A stretch of DNA of 64,000 nucleotides. Source: Eledone cirrhosa (Eukaryota). The stretch lies in NCBI GenBank assembly GCA_964016885.1, contig OZ024743.1:129580001-129644000 (forward strand). The letters are read 5' to 3'. The notes under the pieces were generated by a model that was not told the origin of the DNA, made no database searches, and saw only the letters and a program-made list of their open reading frames with translations. This document shows, in pieces, positions 28,000 to 42,200 of the stretch. The position numbers and the translations under genes were made by a program. Each line of letters opens with the position of its first letter. Position 1 is the first letter of the stretch.

Positions 28000-30900
28000 G
28001 CACCAAACACCAAGCACCAGGCACCAAGCACCAAACACCAAGCACCAAGCACCAAACACCAAGCACCAAGAACCAAACACCAAACACCAAACAGCAAGCA
28101 CCAAGCACCAAACACCAAGCACCAAACACCAAACAGCAAACACCAAACACCAAACAGCAAACAGCAAACGCCAAACACCAAGCACCAAGCACCAAGCACC
28201 AAACACCAAGCACCAAGCACCAAGCACAAATCACCAAACACCAAGCACCAAGGACCAAACATCAAACACCAAGCATCAAGCACCAAACACCAAACACCAA
28301 TCACCAAGCACCAAGCACAAAGCACCGAGCACCAAGCACCAAACACCAAGCACCAAACACCAAGCACCAAACACCAAGCATCAGGCACCAAGCACCAAAC
28401 ACCAAGCACCACCACCAAACACCAAGCACCAAGCACCAAACACATAACACCAAGCACCAAGCACCAAGCACCAAGCACCAAACACTAAGCACCAAACACC
28501 AAACACCAAGCACCAAGTACCAAACACCAAGCACCAAGCACCAAACACCAAGCACCAAGCACCAATCACCAAACACCAAGAACCAAGCACCAAACACCAA
28601 GCACCAAGTACATACACCAAGCACCAAACACCAAACACAAAACACCAAGCACCAAGCAACAAGCATCAAACACCAAGCATCAAACACCAAACACCAAACA
28701 CCAAGCACCAAGCACCCAGCACCAAACACCAAGCACCAAGCACCAAGCACCAAACACCAAGCACCAAACACCAGACACCAAGCACCAAACACCAAACACC
28801 AAGCACCAAGCACCAAAACCCAAACACCAAGCACCAAGCACCAAACACCAAACACCAAACACCAGACACCATGCACCAAACACCAAACACCAAACACCAA
28901 GCACCAAGCACCAAACACCAAGCACCAAGTACCAAACAGCAAACCCCAAGCACCAAGCACCAAACACTAATCACCAAGCACCAAGCACCAAACAACAAGC
29001 ACCAAGCACCAAGAACCAGGCACCAAGCACCAAGCACCAAACACAAAACACCAAGCACCAAGCACCAAGCAGCACACACCAAGCATCAAACACCAAACAC
29101 CAAGCAGCACACACCAAGCATCAAACACCAAACACCAAGCACCAAGCACCAAACACCAAACACCAAGCACTAAGCACCAAACACCAAGCACCAAACTCCA
29201 AGCACCCAGCACCAAACACCAAACACCAAGCACCAAGCACCAAACACCAAACACCAAGCACCAAGCACCAAGCACCAAACACCAGACACCAAGCACCAAA
29301 CAGCAAGCACCAAGCACCAAGCACCAAACACCAAACAACAAGCACCAGGTACCAAGCACCAAACACCAAAAACCAAGCACCAAGCACCAAACACCAAGCA
29401 CCAAGCACCAAACACCAAACACCAAACACCAAACAGCAAACACCAAACACCAAACAGCAAAAACCAAATACGAAACAGCAAACACCATACAGCAAACACC
29501 AAACACCAAAAAGCAGACACCAAACAGCAAACACCAAACACCAAACACCAAACACCAAACACCAAGCACCAAGCACCAACCACCAAACCCCAAGCACCAA
29601 GCAACAAACACTAATCACCAAGCACCAAGCACCAAACACCAAGCACCAAGCACCAAGCACCAAACACCAAGCACCAAGCACCAAGCACCAAACACCAAAC
29701 ACCAAGCACCAAAGACCAAGCACCAAGCACCAAGCACCAAACAACAAGCACCAAGCACCAAGCACCAAACACCAAGCACCAAGCAGCAAACACCAACCAC
29801 CCAGAACCAAGCACCAAGCACCAAACAGCAAGCACCAAACACCAAACACCAAACACCAAGCACCAAGCACCAAGCACAAAACACCAAGCCCCAAGCACCA
29901 AACACCAAACACCAAACACCAAGCACCAAGCACCAAACACCAAGCACCAAGCACCAATCACAAAGAACGAAACAACAAGCAGCAAGCAGCAAGCACCAAA
30001 CACCAAACACCAAGCACCAAGCACTAAGGACCCAACATCAAACACCAAGCACCAAGCACCAAACACCAAACACCAAGCACCAAGCAGCAAGCACCAAGCA
30101 CCGAACACCAAGCCCCAAACACCAAGCACCAAACACCAAGCACCAAACACCAAACACTAAGTCCCACGCACCAAGCATCAAACACCAAGCATCAAACACC
30201 AAACACCAAACACCAGGCACCAAGCACCAAACACCAAACACCAAGCACCAAGCACCCAGTACCAAACACCAAGCACCAAGCACCAAGCACCAAACACCAA
30301 GCACCAAACACCAAACACCAAGCACCAAACACCAAACACCAAGCACCAAGCACCAAAACCCAAACACCAAGCACCAAGCACCAAACACCAAACACCAAAC
30401 ACCAGACACCAAGCACCAAACACCAAACACCAAACACCAAGCACCAAGCACCAAACACCAAGCACCAAGCACCAAACAGCAAACCCCAAGCACCAAGCAC
30501 CAAACACTAATCACCAAGCACCAAGCACCAAACAACAAGCACCAAGCACCAAGAACCAGGCACCAAGCACCAAGCACCAAACACAAAACACCAAGCACCA
30601 AGCACCAAGCAGCACACACCAAGCATCAAACACCAAACACCAAACACCAAGCACCAAACACCAAACACCAAGCACTAAGCACCAAGCACCAAGCACCAAA
30701 CTCCAAGCACCCAGCACCAAACACCAAACACCAAGCACCAAGCACCAAACGCCAAACACCAAGCACCAAGCACCAAGCACCAAACACCAGACACCAAGCA
30801 CCAAACACCAAGCACCAAGCACCAAGCACCAAACACCAAACAACAAGCACCAGGTACCAAGCACCAAACACCAAAAACCAAGCACCAAGCACCAAACACC

Positions 30901-33900
30901 AAGCACCAAGCACCAAACACCAAACACCAACCACCAGGCACCAAACACCAAACACCAAACACCAAGCACCAAGCACGAAACACCAGGCACCAAGCACCAA
31001 GCACCAAACACCAAACACCAAGCACCAAACACCAGCCACCAAGCACCAAGCACCAAACACCAAACACCAAGCACTTAGCACCAAACACCAAACAACAAGC
31101 AGCAGGCACCAAGCACCAAACACCAAACACCAAGCATGCAGCACCAAACACCAAGCACCAAGCACCAAGCACCAAACACCAAGCACCAAGCACCAAGCAC
31201 CAAACACCAAACACCAAACACCAAGCACCAAGAACCAAACACCAAACACCAAACAGCAAGCACCAAGCACCAAACACCAAGTACCAAACACCAAACCCCA
31301 AGCACCAATCACCAAACACTAATCACCAAGCACCAAGCACCAAAGACCAAGCACCAAGCACCAAGCACCAAGCACCAAGCACCAAACACCAAGCACCAAG
31401 CACCAAACACCAAACACCAAACACCAAGCACCAAGCACCAAACAGCAAGCACCAAACACCAAGCACCACACACCAAGCACCAAACACCAAGCCCCCACGC
31501 ACTAAGCACCAAACACCAAACACCAAGCACCAAGACCCTAGCACCAAACACCAAACACCAAGCAAAAAGCACAAAACACCAAGCACCAATCACCAAGCAC
31601 CAAACACCAAACACCAAGCACCAAGCACCAAATACCAAACACCAAGCACCAAGGACCAAACATCAAACACCAAGCACCAAGCACCAAACGCCTAACACCA
31701 AGCACCAAGCACCACGCACCAAGCACCAAACACCAAGCACCAATCACCTAACACCAAGCACCAAGCACCAAACACCAAGCACCAGGCACCAAGCACCAAA
31801 CACCAAACACCAAGCACCAGGCACCAAGCACCAAACACCAAGCACCAAGCACCAAACACCAAGCACCAAGAACCAAACACCAAACACCAAACAGCAAGCA
31901 CCAAGCACCAAACACCAAGCACCAAACACCAAACAGCAAACACCAAACACCAAACAGCAAACAGCAAACGCCAAACACCAAGCACCAAGCACCAAGCACC
32001 AAACACCAAGCACCAAGCACCAAGCACAAATCACCAAACACCAAGCACCAAGGACCAAACATCAAACACCAAGCATCAAGCACCAAACACCAAACACCAA
32101 TCACCAAGCACCAAGCACAAAGCACCGAGCACCAAGCACCAAACACCAAGCACCAAACACCAAGCACCAAACACCAAGCACCAGGCACCAAGCACCAAAC
32201 ACCAAGCACCACCACCAAACACCAAGCACCAAGCACCAAACACATAACACCAAGCACCAAGCACCAAGCACCAAGCACCAAACACCAAGCACCAAACACC
32301 AAACACCAAGCACCAAGTACCAAACACCAAGCACCAAGCACCAAACACCAAGCACCAAGCACCAATCACCAAACACCAAGAACCAAGCACCAAACACCAA
32401 GCACCAAGTACATACACCAAGCACCAAACACCAAACACAAAACACCAAGCACCAAGCAACAAGCATCAAACACCAAGCATCAAACACCAAACACCAAACA
32501 CCAAGCACCAAGCACCCAGCACCAAACACCAAGCACCAAGCACCAAGCACCAAACACCAAGCACCAAACACCAGACACCAAGCACCAAACACCAAACACC
32601 AAGCACCAAGCACCAAAACCCAAACACCAAGCACCAAGCACCAAACACCAAACACCAAACACCAGACACCATGCACCAAACACCAAACACCAAACACCAA
32701 GCACCAAGCACCAAACACCAAGCACCAAGTACCAAACAGCAAACCCCAAGCACCAAGCACCAAACACTAATCACCAAGCACCAAGCACCAAACAACAAGC
32801 ACCAAGCACCAAGAACCAGGCACCAAGCACCAAGCACCAAACACAAAACACCAAGCACCAAGCACCAAGCAGCACACACCAAGCATCAAACACCAAACAC
32901 CAAGCAGCACACACCAAGCATCAAACACCAAACACCAAGCACCAAGCACCAAACACCAAACACCAAGCACTAAGCACCAAGCACCAAGCACCAAACTCCA
33001 AGCACCCAGCACCAAACACCAAACACCAAGCACCAAGCACCAAACACCAAACACCAAGCACCAAGCACCAAGCACCAAACACCAGACACCAAGCACCAAA
33101 CACCAAGCACCAAGCACCAAGCACCAAACACCAAACAACAAGCACCAGGTACCAAGCACCAAACACCAAAAACCAAGCACCAAGCACCAAACACCAAGCA
33201 CCAAGCACCAAACACCAAACACCAAACACCAAACAGCAAACACCAAACACCAAACAGCAAAAACCAAATACGAAACAGCAAACACCATACAGCAAACACC
33301 AAACACCAAAAAGCAGACACCAAACAGCAAACACCAAACACCAAACACCAAACACCAAACACCAAGCACCAAGCACCAACCACCAAACCCCAAGCACCAA
33401 GCAACAAACACTAATCACCAAGCACCAAGCACCAAACACCAAGCACCAAGCACCAAGCACCAAACACCAAGCACCAAGCACCAAGCACCAAACACCAAAC
33501 ACCAAGCACCAAAGACCAAGCACCAAGCACCAGGCACCAAACAACAAGCACCAAGCACCAAGCACCAAACACCAAGCACCAAGCAGCAAACACCAACCAC
33601 CCAGAACCAAGCACCAAGCACCAAACAGCAAGCACCAAACACCAAACACCAAACACCAAGCACCAAGCACCAAGCACAAAACACCAAGCCCCAAGCACCA
33701 AACACCAAACACCAAACACCAAGCACCAAGCACCAAACACCAAGCACCAAGCACCAATCACAAAGAACGAAACAACAAGCAGCAAGCAGCAAGCACCAAA
33801 CACCAAACACCAAGCACCAAGCACTAAGGACCCAACATCAAACACCAAGCACCAAGCACCAAACACCAAACACCAAGCACCAAGCAGCAAGCACCAAGCA

Positions 33901-36070
33901 CCGAACACCAAGCCCCAAACACCAAGCACCAAACACCAAGCACCAAACACCAAACACTAAGTCCCACGCACCAAGCATCAAACACCAAGCATCAAACACC
34001 AAACACCAAACACCAGGCACCAAGCACCAAACACCAAACACCAAGCACCAAGCACCCAGCACCAAACACCAAGCACCAAGCACCAATCACCAAACACCAA
34101 GCACCAAACACCAAACACCAAGCACCAAACACCAAACACCAAGCACCAAGCACCAAAACCCAAACACCAAGCACCAAGCACCAAACACCAAACACCAAAC
34201 ACCAGACACCAAGCACCAAACACCAAACACCAAACACCAAGCACCAAGCACCAAACAGCAAACCCCAAGCACCAAGCACCAAACACTAATCACCAAGCAC
34301 CAAGCACCAAACAACAAGCACCAAGCACCAAGAACCAGGCACCAAGCACCAAGCACCAAACACAAAACACCAAGCACCAAGCACCAAGCAGCACACACCA
34401 AGCATCAAACACCAAACACCAAACACCAAGCACCAAACACCAAACACCAAGCACTAAGCACCAAGCACCAAGCACCAAACTCCAAGCACCCAGCACCAAA
34501 CACCAAACACCAAGCACCAAGCACCAAACACCAAACACCAAGCACCAAGCACCAAGCACCAAACACCAGACACCAAGCACCAAACACCAAGCACCAAGCA
34601 CCAAGCACCAAACACCAAACAACAAGCACCAGGTACCAAGCACCAAACACCAAAAACCAAGCACCAAGCACCAAACACCAAGCACCAAGCACCAAACACC
34701 AAACACCAACCACCAGGCACCAAACACCAAACACCAAGCACCAAGCACCAAGCACGAAACACCAGGCACCAAGCACCAAGCACCAAACACCAAACACCAA
34801 GCACCAAACACCAGCCACCAAGCACCAAGCACTAAACACCAAACACCAAGCACTTAGCACCAAACACCAAACAACAAGCAGCAGGCACCAAGCACCAAAC
34901 ACCAAACACCAAGCATGCAGCACCAAACACCAAGCACCAAGCACCAAGCACCAAACACCAAGCACCAAGCACCAAGCACCAAACACCAAACACCAAACAC
35001 CAAGCACCAAGAACCAAACACCAAACACCAAACAGCAAGCACCAAGCACCAAACACCAAGTACCAAACACCAAACCCCAAGCACCAATCACCAAACACTA
35101 ATCACCAAGCACCAAGCACCAAAGACCAAGCACCAAGCACCAAGCACCAAGCACCAAGCACCAAACACCAAGCACCAAGCACCAAACACCAAACACCAAA
35201 CACCAAGCACCAAGCACCAAACAGCAAGCACCAAACACCAAGCACCAAACACCAAGCACCAAACACCAAGCCCCCACGCACTAAGCACCAAACACCAAAC
35301 ACCAAGCACCAAGCACCAAGCACCAAGCACCAAGACCCTAGCACCAAACACTAAACACCAAGCAAAAAGCACAAAACACCAAGCACCAATCACCAAGCAC
35401 CAAACACCAAACACCAAGCACCAAGCACCAAATACCAAACACCAAGCACCAAGGACCAAACATCAAACACCAAGCACCAAGCACCAAACGCCTAACACCA
35501 AGCACCAAGCACCAAGCACCAAGCACCAAACACCAAGCACCAATCACCTAACACCAAGCACCAAGCACCAAACACCAAGCACCAGGCACCAAGCACCAAA
35601 CACCAAACACCAAGCACCAGGCACCAAGCACCAAACACCAAGCACCAAGCACCAAACACCAAGCACCAAGAACCAAACACCAAACACCAAACAGCAAGCA
35701 CCAAGCACCAAACACCAAGCACCAAACACCAAACAGCAAACACCAAACACCAAACAGCAAACAGCAAACGCCAAACACCAAGCACCAAGCACCAAGCACC
35801 AAACACCAAGCACCAAGCACCAAGCACAAATCACCAAACACCAAGCACCAAGGACCAAACATCAAACACCAAGCACCAAGCACCAAACACCAAACACCAA
35901 TCACCAAGCACCAAGCACAAAGCACCGAACACCAAGCACCAAACACCAAGCACCAAACACCAAGCACCAAACACCAAGCACCAGGCACCAAGCACCAAAC
36001 ACCAAGCACCACCACCAAACACCAAGCACCAAGCACCAAACACATAACACCAAGCACCAAGCACCAAGCA
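28000..36070 (+). repeat. Tandem higher-order duplication, period 3800 bp (about 2.1 copies)
   Basis: TACATA at 28609/32409 and CACAAAG-AACGAAA at 29959/33759. ORF pairs 28301..28963 / 32101..32763 and 31692..32027 / 35492..35827 are offset 3800. The offset is transiently 3779 (30511 / 34290) because of compensating 21-bp indels. Confidence 0.93.
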
Positions 36071-36700
36071 CCAAACACCAAGCACCAAACACCAAACACC
36101 AAGCACCAAGTACAAAACACCAAGCACCAAGCACCAAACACCAAGCACCAAGCACCAATCACCAAACACCAAGCACCAAGCACCAAACACCAAGCACCAA
36201 GAACCAAACACCAAACACCAAACAGCAAGCACCAAGCACCAAACACCAAGCACCAAACACCAAACAGCAAACACCAAACACCAAACAGCAAACAGCAAAC
36301 GCCAAACACCAAGCACCAAGCACCAAGCACCAAACACCAAGCACCAAGCACCAAGCACAAATCACCAAACACCAAGCACCAAGGACCAAACATCAAACAC
36401 CAAGCACCAAGCACCAAACACCAAACACCAATCACCAAGCACCAAGCACAAAGCACCGAGCACCAAGCACCAAACACCAAGCACCAAACACCAAGCACCA
36501 AACACCAAGCACCAGGCACCAAGCACCAAACACCAAGCACCACCACCAAACACCAAGCACCAAGCACCAAACACATAACACCAAGCACCAAGCACCAAGC
36601 ACCAAGCACCAAACACCAAGCACCAAACACCAAACACCAAGCACCAAGTACCAAACACCAAGCACCAAGCACCAAACACCAAGCACCAAGCACCAATCAC
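35635..36700 (+). repeat. Short tandem duplication, period 531 bp
   Basis: The series CAGCAAA-CAGCAAA-CGCCAAA...CACAAAT...GACCAAA-CATCAAA...CACCAC...CACATAA occurs twice. ORF ends 35858/36389 and 35827/36358 differ by 531 (76 monomers minus 1 nt from the 6-nt CACCAC unit). Confidence 0.85.
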
Positions 36701-39270
36701 CAAACACCAAGAACCAAGCACCAAACACCAAGCACCAAGTACATACACCAAGCACCAAACACCAAACACAAAACACCAAGCACCAAGCAACAAGCATCAA
36801 ACACCAAGCATCAAACACCAAACACCAAACACCAAGCACCAAGCACCCAGCACCAAACACCAAGCACCAAGCACCAAGCACCAAACACCAAGCACCAAAC
36901 ACCAGACACCAAGCACCAAACACCAAACACCAAACACCAAGCACCAAGCACCAAAACCCAAACACCAAGCACCAAGCACCAAAGACCAAACACCAAACAC
37001 CAAACACCAAGCACCAAACACCAAACACCAAACACCAAGCACCAAGCACCAAACACCAAGCACCAAGTACCAAACAGCAAACCCCAAGCACCAAGCACCA
37101 AACATTAATCACTAAGCACCAAGCACCAAACAACAAGCACCAAGCACCAAGAACCAGGCACCAAGCACCAAGCACCAAACACAAAACACCAAGCACCAAG
37201 CACCAAGCAGCATACACCAAGCATCAAACACCAAACACCAAGCACCAAGCACCAAACACCAAACACCAAGCACTAAGCACCAAGCACCAAGCACCAAACT
37301 CCAAGCACCCAGCACCAAACACCAAACACCAAGCACCAAGCACCAAACACCAAACACCAAGCACCAAGCACAAAGCACCAAACAGCAGACACCAAGCACC
37401 AAACACCAAGCACCAAGCACCAAGCACCAAACACCAAACAACAAGCACCAGGTACCAAGCACCAAACACCAAAAACCAAGCACCAAACACCAAGCACCAA
37501 GCACCAAACACCAAACACCAAACACCAAACAGCAAACACCAAACACCAAACAGCAAAAACCAAATACGAAACAGCAAACACCATACAGCAAACACCAAAC
37601 ACCAAAAAGCAGACACCAAACAGCAAACACCAAACACCAAACACCAAACACCAAACACCAAGCACCAAGCACCAACCACCAAACCCCAAGCACCAAGCAA
37701 CAAACACTAATCACCAAGCACCAAGCACCAAACACCAAGCACCAAGCACCAAGCACCAAACACCAAGCACCAAGCACCAAGCACCAAACACCAAACACCA
37801 AGCACCAAAGACCAAGCACCAAGCACCAAGCACCAAACAACAAGCACCAAGCACCAAGCACCAAACACCAAGCACCAAGCAGCAAACACCAACCACCAAA
37901 CAGCAAGCATCAAGCACCAAACACCAAGTACCAAACACCAAACCCCAAGCACCAATCACCAAACACTAATCACCAAGCACCAAGCACCAAAGACCAAGCA
38001 CCAAGCACCAAGCACCAAGCACCAAACACCAAGCACCAAGCACCAAACACCAAACACCAAACACCAAGCACCAAGCACCAAACAGCAAGCACCAAACACC
38101 GATCACCAAACACCAAGCACCAAACACCAAGCCCCACGCACTAAGCACCAAACACCAAACACCAAGCACCAAGCACAAAACACCAAGCACCAATCACCAA
38201 GAACCAAACACCAAGCAGCAAGCAGCAAGCACCAAACACCAAACACCAAGCACCAAGCACCAAATACCAAACACCAAGCACCAAGGACCAAACATCAAAC
38301 ACCAAGCACCAAGCACCAAACGCCTAACACCAAGCACCAAGCACCAAGCACCAAGCACCAAACACCAAGCACCAATCACCTAACAACAAGCACCAAGCAC
38401 CAAACACCAAGCACCAGGCACCAAGCACCAAACACCAAGCACCAAGCACCAAACACCAAGCACCAAGAACCAAACACCAAACACCAAACAGCAAGCACCA
38501 AGCACCAAACACCAAGCACCAAACACCAAACAGCAAACACCAAACACCAAACAGCAAACAGCAAACGCCAAACACCAAGCACCAAGCACCAAGCACCAAA
38601 CACCAAGCACCAAGCACCAAGCACAAATCACCAAACACCAAGCACCAAGGACCAAACATCAAACACCAAGCATCAAGCACCAAACACCAAACACCAATCA
38701 CCAAGCACCAAGCACAAAGCACCGAGCACCAAGCACCAAACACCAAGCACCAAACACCAAGCACCAAACACCAAGCACCAGGCACCAAGCACCAAACACC
38801 AAGCACCACCACCAAACACCAAGCACCAAGCACCAAACACATAACACCAAGCACCAAGCACCAAGCACCAAGCACCAAACACCAAGCACCAAACACCAAA
38901 CACCAAGCACCAATTACCAAACACCAAGCACCAAGCACCAAATACCAAGCACCAAGCACCAATCACCAAACACCAAGAACCAAGCACCAAACACCAAGCA
39001 CCAAGTACATACACCAAGCACCAAACACCAAACACAAAACACCAAGCACCAAGCAACAAGCATCAAACACCAAGCATCAAACACCAAACACCAAACACCA
39101 AGCACCAAGCACCCAGCACCAAACACCAAGCACCAAGCACCAAGCACCAAACACCAAGCACCAAACACCAGACACCAAGCACCAAACACCAAACACCAAG
39201 CACCAAGCACCAAAACCCAAACACCAAGCACCAAGCACCAAACACCAAACACCAAACACCAGACACCATG

Positions 39271-42200
39271 CACCAAACACCAAACACCAACCACCAAGCA
39301 CCAAGCACCAAACACCAAGCACCAAGTACCAAACAGCAAACCCCAAGCACCAAGCACCAAACACTAATCACCAAGCACCAAGCACCAAACAACAAGCACC
39401 AAGCACCAAGAACCAGGCACCAGGCACCAAGCACCAAACACAAAACACCAAGCACCAAGCACCAAGCAGCACACACCAAGCATCAAACACCAAACACCAA
39501 GCAGCACACACCAAGCACCAAGCACCAAACACCAAACACCAAGCACTAAGCACCAAGCACCAAGCACCAAACTCCAAGCACCCAGCACCAAACACCAAAC
39601 ACCAAGCACCAAGCACCAAACACCAAACACCAAGCACCAAGCACCAAGCACCAAACACCAGACACCAAGCACCAAACACCAAGCACCAAGCACCAAGCAC
39701 CAAGCACCAAACACCAAACAACAAGCACCAGGTACCAAGCACCAAACACCAAAAACCAAGCACCAAGCACCAAACACCAAGCACCAAGCACCAAACACCA
39801 AACACCAAACACCAAACAGCAAACACCAAACACCAAACAGCAAAAACCAAATACGAAACAGCAAACACCATACAGCAAACACCAAACACCAAAAAGCAGA
39901 CACCAAACAGCAAACACCAAACACCAAACACCAAACACCAAACACCAAGCACCAAGCACCAACCACCAAACCCCAAGCACCAAGCAACAAACACTAATCA
40001 CCAAGCACCAAGCACCAAACACCAAGCACCAAGCACCAAGCACCAAACACCAAGCACCAAGCACCAAGCACCAAACACCAAACACCAAGCACCAAAGACC
40101 AAGCACCAAGCACCAAGCACCAAACAACAAGCACCAAGCACCAAGCACCAAACACCAAGCACCAAGCAGCAAACACCAACCACCCAGAACCAAGCACCCA
40201 GCACCAAACAGCAAGCACCAAACACCAAACACCAAACACCAAGCACCAAGCACCAAGCACAAAACACCAAGCCCCAAGCACCAAACACCAAACACCAAAC
40301 ACCAAGCACCAAGCACCAAACACCAAGCACCAAGCACCAATCACAAAGAACGAAACAACAAGCAGCAAGCAGCAAGCACCAAAGACCAAACACCAAGCAC
40401 CAAGCACTAAGGACCCAACATCAAACACCAAGCACCAAGCACCAAACACCAAACACCAAGCACCAAGCAGCAAGCACCAAGCACCGAACACCAAGCCCCA
40501 AACACCAAGCACCAAACACCAAGCACCAAACACCAAACACTAAGTCCCACGCACCAAGCATCAAACACCAAGCATCAAACACCAAACACCAAACACCAGG
40601 CACCAAGCACCAAACACCAAACACCAAGCACCAAGCACCCAGCACCAAACACCAAGCACCAAGCACCAAGCACCAAACACCAAGCACCAAACACCAAACA
40701 CCAAGCACCAAACACCAAACACCAAGCACCAAGCACCAAAACCCAAACACCAAGCACCAAGCACCAAACACCAAACACCAAACACCAGACACCAAGCACC
40801 AAACACCAAACACCAAACACCAAGCACCAAGCACCAAACACCAAGCACCAAGCACCAAACAGCAAACCCCAAGCACCAAGCACCAAACACTAATCACCAA
40901 GCACCAAGCACCAAACAACAAGCACCAAGCACCAAGAACCAGGCACCAAGCACCAAGCACCAAACACAAAACACCAAGCACCAAGCACCAAGCAGCACAC
41001 ACCAAGCATCAAACACCAACCACCAAACACCAAGCACCAAACACCAAACACCAAGCACTAAGCACCAAGCACCAAGCACCAAACTCCAAGCAACCAGCAC
41101 CAAACACCAAACACCAAGCACCAAGCACCAAACACCAAACACCAAGCACCAAGCACCAAGCACCAAACACCAGACACCAAGCACCAAACACCAAGCACCA
41201 AGCACCAAGCACCAAACACCAAACAACAAGCACCAGGTACCAAGCACCAAACACCAAAAACCAAGCACCAAGCACCAAACACCAAGCACCAAGCACCAAA
41301 CACCAAACACCAACCACCAGGCACCAAACACCAAACACCAAGCACCAAGCACCAAGCACGAAACACCAGGCACCAAGCACCAAGCACCAAACACCAAACA
41401 CCAAGCACCAAACACCAGCCACCAAGCACCAAGCACCAAACACCAAACACGAAGCACTTAGCACCAAACACCAAACAACAAGCAGCAGGCACCAAGCACC
41501 AAACACCAAACACCAAGCATGCAGCACCAAACACCAAGCACCAAGCACCAAGCACCAAACACCAAGCACCAAGCACCAAGCACCAAACACCAAACACCAA
41601 ACACCAAGCACCAAGAACCAAACACCAAACACCAAACAGCAAGCACCAAGCACCAAACACCAAGTACCAAACACCAAACCCCAAGCACCAATCACCAAAC
41701 ACTAATCACCAAGCACCAAGCACCAAAGACCAAGCACCAAGCACCAAGCACCAAGCACCAAGCACCAAACACCAAGCACCAAGCACCAAACACCAAACAC
41801 CAAACACCAAGCACCAAGCACCAAACAGCAAGCGCGAAACACCAAGCACCAAACACCAAGCACCAAATACCAAGCCCCCACGCACTAAGCACCAAACACC
41901 AAACACCAAGCACCAAGCACCAAGCACCAAGCACCAAGACCCTAGCACCAAACACCAAACACCAAGCAAAAAGCACAAAACACCAAGCACCAATCACCAA
42001 GCACCAAACACCAAACACCAAGCACCAAGCACCAAATACCAAACACCAAGCACCAAGGACCAAACATCAAACACCAAGCACCAAGCAACAAACGCCTAAC
42101 ACCAAGCACCAAGCACCAAGCACCAAGCACCAAACACCAAGCACCAATCACCTAACAACAAGCACCAAGCACCAAACACCAAGCACCAGGTACCAAGCAC

